Shown here: positions 1 to 13,700 of the stretch, in pieces
Position numbering within the stretch: position 1 is the stretch's first letter
Layout of the letters: the number at the start of each line of letters is the position of its first letter
Position numbers and translations under genes: made by a program
Assembly (NCBI GenBank): GCA_012295275.1
Contig: CM022671.1
Span: forward strand, 11,904,001-11,968,000
Source of the DNA: Chrysomallon squamiferum
Lineage: Eukaryota > Animalia > Mollusca
Length of the DNA stretch: 64,000 nucleotides
Reading direction: 5' to 3'
Notes under the pieces: model-generated
Database searches by the model: none
Seen by the model: only the letters and a program-made list of their open reading frames with translations
Told to the model about the DNA's origin: nothing

Positions 1-2892
1 CACACACACACACATATGTATTGCACATACCCAACATAAATAAAGTTAATTAGAACAACATTAAACCAGTAAACCACCAGGTTATATATGTAAGGGTTCT
101 TTATAGTTATTTGGTATCTGAAATCTTTCTTTATATTATTTATATATATAATATCCAAACTTTAAATTCAAAAAAAATTAAAAAGAAAAAGCAGATATAT
201 TCAGATATTAGTATAAATAACTGCAATAAGCTGATCTACTATAAGAAGTTGTTGTCCATTAAATCCAAGTTTTCTAAAATGACAGTGATTTAATATATAT
301 AAAAACAAGACAGCAATGTATGTCTCTAAAACACACACTCATATTCACAAAATTCATGTGCAATGAAAATTTAATTATGTCCATTTTGTGTGTGAAGTGC
401 CTGTGATTAAATGAACTTAAAATGGAATATAATTATACACTATCAACTATCAGACGATGCATCATACTATCAATTCAAATGACTCTCATAATATCACCAT
501 CATATGTAACGAGTAAATGTCAGTAAATAAAGAAGACCATTTACCAAGGGAGTGTTTGTTGACTAGTTTTCAGTTTTCAAACAAGCAGAATCCTGCTTTA
601 TATCAGTCATTTTCAAATTTGAAAAAAATGTTCATAAAATTAAGTAAAAAAGGATATTAGAAAAACAAGATAGTCTGCTGATAATTAATAAAACTGTTAG
701 ATATATATATCAATTTTTGCAGCAAAGCTGTTTTTAGTAATCTTTCAATGCTAACTGAAATCTAGTACAGCAGAACAGATATTGAACAGTATTTGCATGC
801 CACACAGAGCCCCTAAGTAAACATGTTTAATGGATTTAAAAAAAAGACGCACCCAATTACACAGCATCATTAAAGCTGTTCTGCAGTTTATTTGCTGGGG
901 TTACTAGACTTTGACATAAACTTATTTTATTTTTATAAATTAATTTCTGTATATAATTGTCAACTTTTATTTCTTCATTAATAATCATAGTAAAATGCAC
1001 ACACACACACACACTTTATGTTCAGTGTTAGTTACTGCAATAAATCTACAATCAGTAATGTCAGAATTAGTGGATGTCTTTATTGTGTTTTTCTTCTTCC
1101 TCATTTTTCTCCTTTCTTTGTTTTGTTTTTGTTTTAAATCTGCCGATTAAAACAAGTCTTTTGATCTCTTTTATAATCATATTGAACTAAAGCTAAGAGA
1201 AATAAATTAATAAAAATTAATACCCAGAATAAAGAACAAACATTTACGAACATTAATACATTTCCTATTAACAATTACTAGATGTCAAACATCTGCTGGG
1301 GCTTTTGCTGTTTATTTGGTTGTTGTTTTTTTGTATGGTTGTTATCTTTGATGTTACATTATAAGAAAAGTGTTGTTTATGGGTTGTTTTGTTTGTTTGT
1401 TTGCTTTTTCAAATAGAAAGTTATTAAATAAATTAACTGAGACAACTTGGAACAGACCAGGAAAATAAAACTGAACACTTTGTTAAAATGTGCATTTTTT
1501 AAATATTTTTCTTGAAAGAACACAAAATATGAATCAATCAACAAGAAGGCAGAATTTCATGCAGACTGACAGATAAATGGAAGACCTTGACAACAGAATG
1601 ATGCTGTAAGATCACAATGAATATACAGAGAATATAAAAAATTACATCAACACCTGGCTCAGTATTCTCTTCCTTATCATGAATTTATAAGCTGACATTA
1701 TTTAAATGATATACTGTTAATGTCATCATCAATCCACCAGTGATGGAATTCAATATGCAATGATGCTGTGAACACTTGCGTAATTTTCGTCTGTTTGTAT
1801 CAGCTTCCAAATTAACATACATTTTATAAATCATCCCAACAATTGCCAACCATCAGACCCATCTGTACCTATTCATTGCATCAACCTGAAGCGTTTTCTG
1901 CTTCACTAACCCTGGATGGACAAAGTAATCAAAGAGCCATCGGCATTTACTGCTGGAGCCACTTTTCAAGACGATTAAATCCGAGAACACTATCAATTGA
2001 CAATTGAGCTTCAAACTTGATATCTAAGAGTAGCAAGGTTTCATAATTCACACAAAAGATATCTTATTAACTGATGCATCATTGCATACCAATGAAAGAG
2101 ATTCAGTTTTAAAAAAGACACACACACGTACATAAAAGGGATGAGCAGGACGATGCGTCTCCCTATCCAGACACATATAAGTTTCATTGTTGTTACAAAT
2201 AGATATGTTGGGGCAGTGAACTTGCCATAGAAAACTAGAGGATAAAACAAGGTGAATGGAACCTGGCACCACTAAAGAAGAAGAAGAAAAAGATGAATAA
2301 AAAGGCTGTCATCTGCTATCTATACATGTCTGAAGTGAATCTGATACATAAAAAAAAAAAAAAGTATGAAATGTGGCAGATTTACACCTCTTCAATAAAT
2401 AATGACCAGAAAGGTACAGGAAAACATATTTCAATTACAACAAAAACAAATTTTACACAACAACATAAAATAAACAAGAAGAATACACTTACATCTCTTA
2501 AGATTCTGGTTCTTTATGAAATTTATTATTTTGGTTAATTTATTCTGTAATTTCAAATTAAATGAAATTACACATGACATGACATTATCTTAAGGTCTAG
2601 AATAATAAATTATTTATTTCTATCATGTGTAAAACAGAGTGAAGAACCAAAAGATAATAAATATATACAAAAAAACAAAATTTCACATGCAGTCAAAAAC
2701 TAAGTAAGTATTGCAACAATCACCAGTAGAACTGAAATGTCATACTTCTGCTTAATGTCATCTTAGTAATACTGAGATAATCTTTATGAAGATAACACAG
2801 TATTGCTGATTTGGCAAATAATAACAGTGTCAACAAATAAGATTCCATGCCTTTCTGAAGCATAAACTGTTTAATAATGTAAAGGTACATAC

Positions 2893-3188
2893 CTTGGTTC
2901 TTAACCTCTGCAAATTCATGGTTGTATTCTTCAAGTGTTTCTCGGAGCTGTTTGTTTTCAATTTCTAAATCAGAAACTCTATGTGCTTTCTTCTGAATCT
3001 GCAGTGCATATTCAAGGGCTGGCACAGGATCTGAAATATTTTAAACTAGTTTTAATAGAATTAATTTTAATGAATAATAAACATACAATATAAAAATAAC
3101 TTTCACATTTCAGTATACAAAATTATTTGGTTATGACAGGATAATTGAAAAATAGTTATTTATAATTCTAATTGTTTTAAATTTATAT

Positions 3189-3229
<41 letters not shown>

Positions 3230-6200
3230 ATAATCTTATTTTTCTGTTTGACCAATATGCATATACAAGGTTATTTTTACAAGAGTATTCATAAATACAA
3301 GTTTAAATTCTTTTCACATGTATTTCATTAATTAATTTTATACCAGTTCTCAAGATAATTCTTGGGATGTGATCTGAATACCAAAACATATCTTTACTTA
3401 ACTGTCTACATCAGTGTATTATTCCTTTGCATTATTTAATATGATTGATTCACTTTTCTAATCACTCAATGAAAGTAAATGAAAAAGTATATCTGCTTTT
3501 ATGTCAAATGTAATGTATAAAGAGGCCTTGCTGCAATAAACCAGTAATATCAATGTTTTCTGGCCCACAATATCATCACAAAACTAAATTCTTAATAAAA
3601 TTAATTTTAAAATGTGCCAAAGTGTTGTTTATCATTTATTTAGATTTAATTAACTTAACAAACCATTTCAACTTGCTAACATAGATCTGTAATTAAATTA
3701 ATATTCTGAGACAATATCTTACATTTATCATACTTTCTTTTCTGTCATCATTCTCTGAATTTTCTGATATGAACTTAGAGCTACCTGTAGCTAATAAAAA
3801 TGTCTACAAAGTCATTTGGTGATTTCAAATAAACTTAATCACTGTCACTTTGTGCTGGTCACCTGTCTACTACAGCAGACAACAACAGATTTGCTATTCT
3901 CTTAGTGCTGTGGTCAGAACACAGTTAATCAAAACTTATGACTTATAAATAATTCTGATGGATAGAGTAGTTGAATGACCAGTTTGGCAGCATGACTACT
4001 AGAGAGAAAAAACAAGTAACAAGACATACAGAGATTTAAAACTTCAACAGCCCTGCAGTAAAATATCAATTAATAGCAGACCTGGTTAAAAAATCCAACA
4101 AAGCTACAATAACTGCACCTAGATGACAGTGAGCAATATGTATTCATGTTGAGCAGGGACACTGCTGACATTAATGTGCAAGTATTTATGTCAAATTCCC
4201 ATGTCACAGCACAGACTTATAGGTAAATGATGTTACTAAGACGAGACTGCAGGGATATATTCTCTTATCTTTTTTATGTCTATTTCTGAAATACATTTTG
4301 TCTTAGTTATCATATGTAATATGATTTACACAAAATTATTTCATGACAAAAAAAAGAAATAATGAAAGTTGTTATTTTCAATTGATTATCCATGTTGATA
4401 TGTACAGCAAATATTTTCCTTTTGTGTAATTATCTTTATTTATTTTTAAATATAATTAGTTCATTATTATCATATTTTTTTTCTTTTCTTCTATACTTTT
4501 TATTTAGTTTGTTCTTCTTATTATTTAACTGTAATTATATATGTACTGAGATGGTTTCATCTTTTTATTTTCTATTTTAATTTGATTTACTTTACTATAT
4601 CTGTTTGTATTTTTATTTACTGTTCTCTGCTCAGTGCATAGTATTACTGTAACATTCAGTTCTATTTAAAAAAATTTACATCAGCCTTTCTTATATTCTT
4701 TTTCATCATTAAGAAAATATTACTGTATATTCACATGATGGCACAATTCATACAAACACCTAATCAATAAATTACTTAGTTCACAAAAAAAAATAAAAAA
4801 AATGTTTAAAAAAAAATAAACAAAGGATATTTGTCAGTACAACTCAAGAACTACAAATGAAGGCCATTCTAAGTGAATGTATAAAAGAAAACAACAAGAA
4901 ATATTTTTAATATTTATTAAAAATTTATTTTTAAAAAATAATTAAAAAATATATATATTTTTAAAAAGTGAGAGAAAGAAGAAAATATTGGTTTTATTTT
5001 TACCTGCATTATAGAGAAATTATATTTTAATTCATATTCATATTAAATACAAAGCTACCATTTACTCCATGCTGAAATGCTCTGTCCAAAACTAACTGCC
5101 TAAAAGCTACGTGTATAGAAAATAACTTATACATAAACATATACATGAAAATGTTTAATACATATGTCTGTGTTAATTCTAGGCAGGCAGAAAATTGTTT
5201 GAGTTTATTCTGCTCAGAACATTTTCCAATAAATTAGTCACACAATTAAAGTTCAATGTGTCAAACTCAATCATGCATATTAAACATTAGTGAATAGATA
5301 AAGTTAACATAAACAAACATTTAAAATTTAAAATGTTTATCTTTATTTTATAATTATCCTTTCTTTATTACATATAATACTATACATAGGATAATGAAAC
5401 AAGTTTAACTATCACTGGAGTATAAATGTGTGAGTGAAAAAAAAGGTTTAAGACTATTGTACATTGTGTGATCAGTAGCCAGTAAGTTACATACTGCCTA
5501 CAGTTGGTGTAATAATGTTACTAGTAATCCCCAATTTCGTAATAAATACAGAATTGTATTATGAGGCAGTTAATCATTGGCATTTTAAAAACAGTTCTTT
5601 ACAATTTATATATAAATTGATTTACCATTGTGGCTTGCTGCATTTATCTTTAAAATCTGTTTGTCAAATTATTACAATAAATGTTTTAAAATTAAAATCT
5701 AATTTATGAAGTTATAAATAACAGTAAGTAGGCTACATGTATATCCTTTAAGATACGTTATTTTAAAAAATGATATAAAAAGAATCAGAATTATTTTATG
5801 ATTATGAAATGCATTTATTAAATGATAATTAAAATGATTGTTGTTAGTTTTCAGGATCTATTATTTGACAGTTAATTTGGGGGAGGAGCCAATCAGTGGC
5901 TGACCTTTGGCATCTAGGCAATTCCTGAGTGGAAAATACTGATTCAAAACTGAAAATTCAGCTAAATGTCAAACTAGTCATAAGTTAATTATATACATGA
6001 CTGTATTTATCGTACAGTATGGTGATACAGTTTCTTCTAAATAAAAATTAGCTATAACATTCCTAATTTATTTTAAAATCACACAATATTTAAAAATTTG
6101 TAACTAAAATTTCTGAAAAATAATTGTCATAGGATATTTTATATTTCTTTGCTTCTATACAGAATTAAATGATTTTGTGAAAATTATTTCAATTGCTAAA

Positions 6201-9200
6201 GCCCCTCATTTTATGATTAAAGCTTATTTTTAAAAAAAAAGAAAAAAGAAATTAAATGATTAAATCATAAAAGGAATATAATATGTTTGAATCTTTAGAT
6301 AATGCAATATTTACTGACTTAAAAGAAATAAAACAGTTCTTCAAAAAAAATAACAGATGCAGCAAATGGTCTTTCTGTTCTTTTGTTTTTCTGACACTGT
6401 CAAAAGGAATCAGGTAATAATAAATGGAATGTCTGGCACATTACAAAGTAAGATAAAGAGATCATTTCCATGTGTCAACATTGATTAACTCAACACTGAA
6501 AAAGCAGACAGCATTGTCCTAAGCAGTGATCAGAAAAAGAGAAATGAAAATATGCTGATGTTATCTGGCTGGCAGTCAACTCTTACCAAAGCCAAGTACA
6601 AGTGTCAGCAACAATAAGCAAGAGAAACCAATCAACACCCTCACAGAGCAAATGAGGCAAGGAAGATGGTGATATTAAAGAACCTGTGTTTGCAAACAGT
6701 CAGTCAGCAACTTGTTAATTAAAACAATTACCATGGCAACTGAAACATAAGGATAAACTAGTAAATAAAAATAAATACCTGGCAAATTTATTAGTTTCTT
6801 GTACACTGATAAAAAGGCTGCTTCAGCTGATTTGCTTCTCTTGGAAAGATTATCAACTTCTATTTGAAAACTTTTCAACAACGCTGCGACTATTTTGCGG
6901 ATATCCTGCAAAACAAAATTATTTGAATTTTTAAAAAGATATTTACAAGAAATAAATTGCCATGAACAGTGAACTGTAAAGGAATTTATTTTAAGAATAT
7001 TTTATTTTTTGGTTTTAAAGAAAAAACATGAAAAACAGATGAAAAAGGAACAGAAAGTAAATAATATTGATACAAATAAAAAATTTAAAAAAAGGACAAA
7101 GTTTAAAAAAAGATTAGCAGAAAGGAACAGAACATATTAAATATGGATTCATTTACTTGCCTGCAAGTACATATACACACACAAATACCTTATCTTTTAG
7201 AAGAATCTCAATTTTTTTTTAAAGTTGTAAATATGTTTTTGTAATTTGAGTTATTTTAAAAAAGAGAGCTTTATTAGTAGTAGTATTGACTAATTCTAAG
7301 TTTCTGTGGCTATACATAATAACAATAATAACATAACTGTTAGCACACTCATAATAAACTTTATAAAAAAAAATGAAAAGATAAAATACTGTTAATGTAG
7401 ATTTTTTAAATACCAAATAATGTTAACCCCCCCAAAAAAAACACCTTTGTAAATAGAAAAATCAATCATTCAGGTAATGATTTTTTAAAGAAAACAGAAA
7501 AAAGATAAACTTTATTGCACATGTACAACCAAACATAAAATATATTACAACATATGAATGTTTAAACAAGATATATAAAATACATGATACTAATCTTTGT
7601 GAATAATTTATTTTTCAGTTTTCTAATTCAGTTTTCTAAAAAAAAGTATTTTTCTAATTAAAAGCACTCTTAATCACAGACATTGATTTTTAACTATTTT
7701 TTCTTCAAGATTTAAAGATGAAAAAATTAATATTCTGTAGTCATTATTTATATTCCATTGTGAAACTTAATAAATATTGGCTAAATGACTTGTTTCTTTC
7801 AGTTTGACGTATTATTAAGCAGCAAAATAAAACACAAAAATTAGGGACCACCAAATTGTAATTGTTTATAATTGTTTATCAAATCAGTTTATATATATAA
7901 AGATTATAATCTACGTTAAGTATTACTGACATTGTTTAAATTTCCAAATTAAATTACAATTTAACCATACATTATTTTATCTTTTTTTTGTTCTCTAACC
8001 CTTACATAGAAGTGAATTTTTAATGAAACAGAACAAAAAGTCAAGTACACCACTGGAGATTATAAATTGTTGGCTTGGAAGAGCATTCTGTTAGTGTTTC
8101 AATCACCCATGACCTACACAGATCCACAATCAACAACCAAACTCCAAAGAAATAAGAACCACTCTTAAAAAAAGGTCAAATCTGAGATAAAACACCATTA
8201 TAGATTAGAACTCAATGATACATTCAACCAGCAGATGGTCACTGCATTGATAGATAATTTTGGATTTTTCTTGTCTCCCTGCTGAAGATTAAAAAGTAAT
8301 ATCTTCTTTTTGCTGATCTGAGCTTGAAGCTAGCAAGCAAGCCACCCCCTGAGTGAGTGCTGTCTCTTCTTTAATGAGTTCATAAACTCCCCACCATGCT
8401 GGCTTCCGGCTATAATGCTGGCAATTTGTGACCACTTGAAATGATCTACAAAATTGTATTAATAATGTAGATTGGCTTAATATCACTGTTTGCGCCTTTC
8501 TGAGCAGAATAATGTAAAATATAATATTAAAAAATTCAAAACTTTTAAGTATATTGAAGAAGAAAACATAACAGAACAAAAGCTTCATAAATGCTGGACT
8601 AAAGTTAATTTTAGTGTTAATGGCTTATTTTAAATTTCTATTCATATTACAATAACCAAAACACACACATGCACGCACGCACGGACACGGACACACACAC
8701 ACACACACACACACACACCAACATTTTTATAGGACAGTTATCTGATCCTGAAAAACATTTTTGAAAGACAGTCCCAACAGTGTCATCTTTATATTTTACA
8801 TCCTGCCCTGGAAATTGAACTTGTGCAAGATGTTGAACTCCTGTCAACACAAGAACAAAATTTAGAAGGTAATTGGAAACGCTCATGACAGAGAAGCAGA
8901 TTAAGCTACCATTACTGTACTGCCATTTTACCTTTCTGCTGTCAGGAGCATATATCAAAATACTAGTGTGTGAAGGGTATCATTTTATATTATGTAATTT
9001 ATACCTAACATTACATTCAAATATCAGGCTACTTTTATAGTTGTATCAATTTATTGGCAAATCTGAAGATGAGGAGAAATGAAAGAAAGAAAGAAAGTAC
9101 ACATCACTTAAAATTATGTCTTTGGTAACAGCACTACAAACTGCATTAAAATGAACAAACAATACATTTAACTGAAGTCTCCTGGTCACATTTTAATTTT

Positions 9201-10257
9201 AATGTAGATGTCAGCTTGATAGTTTCTATACATACGATGACAAGTGAAAGAGGAAATATGATGCCTCATACTATCATACTGTAAGCAACAAATGATATTT
9301 TACAAGTATCTTCCATTAAAAATAAATAGACGCAACATAATTTTGTACCAGTAGATAGGCACTAAAATGTATTAAAAGTACATCAATAAGTTTAAACCTA
9401 ATCTGTCTGACAGACTGAACATCCAGACATAAGAAAGATCCAATTAGGTGTAATGATAAAAGAAAATGTCAGAGATCAATGTCAAAGTGACAGCCATTTT
9501 TGATATATTCTATGTATCAATACCCAAAAAAAATTTCATAAACAAATGATTGCCCCAATTACCAATTAACAAAGTATAATTATAAAAAAGAAAAAATATA
9601 CAAAAAAAGAAAGAAAGCAACAATCTCACCAATTTAAGAAGTGCTGTAACATCGTCTAAGAAAATTAAATCATCATAGAATAATAAAAATATGTTTAGCA
9701 TGAAGTCATGTGTGCCTTATTTTGATTTGTGTGACATAAAATATGTTTTAATAATTCCACTATTTCTGAATCAGTGATATCTTCTGAGACACATAAAATT
9801 ATTACAGAAATAATTTAATTTTAAGATGTTATTTATATCCCAGATATTAACATTGCAGATATTATAGTGACTAAATGAAATAAAGAAAGAAATTTTCCAA
9901 GTTACCTCAGGTGTATTTTTCTTAAATTCTCTACTTTGATCTACCAAGCGTCTTCTGGAAACATCACTTTCATCCTGGCGTTTTGCAAGTTCAGTGACAG
10001 TTGTGTCAAGTTCTTTCTGCAAAGAAAATGTAAAAATATGTAAAATTATTTCTGAATTACACATTCAATATTATTATACTGTTATGAGTTTTATTTGTAG
10101 TTTATATTATATTTAATTAATGAACATTCTTTGCAAACAATCACTTAAACAGAATGATCAACTGGTAAGTCAACCAAAAACCTGGCAAATTTGTTTACTT
10201 CCTTTACCCTGATAAACAATCTAAATCAGCATATTTAAAAACAAAATTTCAAACAGT

Positions 10258-10301
<44 letters not shown>

Positions 10302-10656
10302 TGTGTGAAACAAATGTGCATAATTTACAGTCATTTATTATCAAAATGATGAAAAAAAATAGTCATCAATCACCATTTTATGTTTTTCACAAACTTCTAT
10401 ATCTTTCATTAAACATGTTCATTCAGTGGTGACAAATCCACTGATATAATTTTAAAACTAAATGTTTGCTGTATTTTCCTTATTAATATAGAACTGCTGA
10501 ACAAATGAGATGTGAATACAGCTACTTCATGTAATAACCACTTCAACAGAACTGACAAAATCAGTATGTATAGCTAACTGTGTAATTAATAACATAATAC
10601 AGTTAAAGTTACATTACCAATATTCTGCATATTTTCTTGTATTACCATTCCCATAG

Positions 10657-10713
<57 letters not shown>

Positions 10714-13700
10714 GAAAAGAACACAAAACACAAAAATAGAAAATAATACATTATTCTTTCAAGTAAACTGGTATGATTATATTTTTTATTCTTAGTTATA
10801 TTATTATTATTATTATTATTATTATATAGTTTTTGAAACTATGTTAAGTTTAGAATCTTAGATATCTCTATTTTAAAATGAGTACATTTTTAAAGTATAT
10901 TATTTAAGATGAATAACTGGATTAGATTATTTTTTTAGATAAATATATTTGTTACAGAGTAGATTATAATTGTAATACAAAAAAAAACCATTATAACAAT
11001 CATATCTGAATGATCACCAATAAATGCACAAAATTCCTTTCTTTTGATGTATACAACACTCCTGAATGACATTCAAATTTAATTAAAATGTTCATGTCAA
11101 ACATGACTTAGTGACGTAGTTTTTACTATAAGAAAATATCATGGTCTTTAAAACACTGAGTCACTAAATACTTCACACAACTAAACTGTACTTCAGTCAG
11201 AACTTTTATGCTAAACTATTACCCAACTCAACTAAAGGAAATTGAAATTTGTAAAGTTCATAATTTTGATTTCTTACAAATACTTTTTTGTTTCTTATTT
11301 AATATTTCTGTCAGATAATATATAAGGAAAAAGCTTATCTGAAAAAGAAAAAAAAAAATCTTTCTACAAAGGAAAAATAATAATGACACAAAGAAAAGAG
11401 ATATATATTGTACTTTACTCAGGGTTTGATTTAAAAGCAGCAACGCACCAGTAACTGCACACAAAAATTGAAACATTTGTGCATCACTGTTTGGGTTTAC
11501 TGTTACAGTTTAAAAAAAAAAATTAACATGAAAATTTTGTTATCTTACAAACACACAGATTAAATTTCAACTATATTACGTACCTCTTAAAGTAGTTACA
11601 GAAATTAATAAAATGTAGGTATTTATTATGCCCTTAAAGAAACTGAATCTATAGAGCAAAGGAATTTTTAATCATTTGTTTGAATAAATTGTCTGCTTTA
11701 ATGGGTTCTTTTATCTTAGCATCCATTTACACAACCAAACCAGGTCAGCAAGAATCTGACACTAAAGCCTTTGAGATAGATCAATCTTGTTTTTAGTCAG
11801 TGTCCCAATGTAGGGATGCAAAAATGCCATCAACAAAGAAGCCCAACTGGTTAGGTTTCTAAGCCAGGACAGTATCTATAAACAAAACAATTCAGCATAA
11901 ATATCTATAAACTGCAGAGACTTACACTTATGATTTAGTCATATATTTTGACTACAGTCTGATTGCAGAATCTGCCCGTGTTAAAAGTCAATTGATATCT
12001 AATCTTTTTGGATATGTAGCTAGAAAACCAATTTGAGCAAAGCAAGATAGAGCAAAAAAGTTTAGGTTTCCTTTTCTAATGAAATATTATAATTAATAAT
12101 TATTTTCCTTGTAAACCCTGTCCATATAATATTTTAGGTCAATGTATTTAATTCCTTTTAAATTTGTAGATGAATTAAACAAGAATCAGAGAATGAGATC
12201 TTTGTATTGTAGGACATGATACGATTATGGTCCAAATGAAACCTATGTAACCTATGTACATTATTAATTAAAAAAAACCTGGTGTACATATTTTAAAAAC
12301 TAGTTTAAAACAAACTGTTTTATTATATAATTGAATAACTGATAGAAAATGTATTTATTGTCTCTCTGAGATTATTTTAATTATTATTATTATTATTATT
12401 ATATTTATATGTATATAAAATATTCTTTAATTTGTTTTTATCTCCAGTCATTTCCTCAAACTAACTTCTCTGAACAAAAATAAAACAATTCAAATTTCTT
12501 TCTCAGGAGGATGTCATGAAATGTTTCATGTCAAAATAAACAGGATACAAAATCTCTTTGCTTTTCTTTACATTTATAATGAAATTATAAAATGAAATTT
12601 GTCAGAAGTAGAATTGCTGAGATCTGATGCAAAGAATTTGTTGTCAAAATTTACAGAAACTGTCAAGGACATCTGATCAACATATTGTGAATTGTAAGTA
12701 GTTCCACATTCAGAGCACAATGGAAATTGTTTGAATGAATACTACTTCTGTATTGTGGTGAAAATATTTATTACTACTGCTATTAATTTATCAACATAAA
12801 CAAAAATAAAAACATAAACAAAACTGAACTAAGAAAACTGATATGAACTTCTAAAACAAAAAAGAAAAACTTTTTCTCTTTCAACAAAACAACTTAAACA
12901 ACTTAGATAATCTAGTACAACATAAGCAGTTTGGAACAGGGAAAATTAAATCAAAGCTACAGTGTGTAAGCTCACGCCGGATATATATATATATATATAT
13001 AAATGATCACATCTGAGAGAACATGCAGAGCTATGATCCTAAGTGAAATATAGGCTAGACTCTGAATCATGGCATTGAAATATGATCAGATACCTAACGA
13101 TCTCTTTGCTTGGTCTTCATGCTCAATTATAATGACAGCAAGGCAACCTACTTTTTTTTCTTTTTCTTCTTTTTTTTTGGAGGCTGCTGAAGGAGACTGT
13201 AAACCAGAATAGCTCATCTGTTGGCTAAATTAACAACCAATTTGATTACTGTATGTTTCTGTATAAAGTATAAAACAAACTTGAAACTGATGTCTGCAAA
13301 AAAATTAAATTCTGTTACATCAATCACAATCAGTTTCTTTGTTTAACTGTTGGTGTGTAGTTTTGACAAATTTTTTATTTCTGGTTTATTGTTTTTCTGC
13401 TCACAACTTTTTAATGTAGTATGTGCTGCTTGTAAAATATTTACCCTGACATCAACATGCTTAAATACAACACAGTAACAATCAATACCAAATGCTAACT
13501 CATTTATGAATATATTCATAGTAAATATCTGCTCAACTTTTTTTTTTTTGCCCTGTGAATTAAATGAGTTTAATAATCATCAGAAAAATTTGAACAAAAA
13601 CCTATATCTACTTACAGATATTAAACCTTTCAATTTTCAAATTACTATCTAAGGGAGATCTTTCTATAAAAGATTAATTTAAAATATTTTCTCTCACCCT

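Noticed and set aside
1840-2280. GC-richer island downstream of CUX1 exon 4 as the next coding exon
   Set aside because: No frame gives the expected EVTIK-like continuation. It may be regulatory, but I cannot support a call.
11258-11476. Minus [16 protein letters not shown] as a possible alternative CUX1 first exon (cf. human MLCVAGARLK)
   Set aside because: The resemblance is superficial. The nearest good donor is in the wrong phase and the phase-0 donor is weak.
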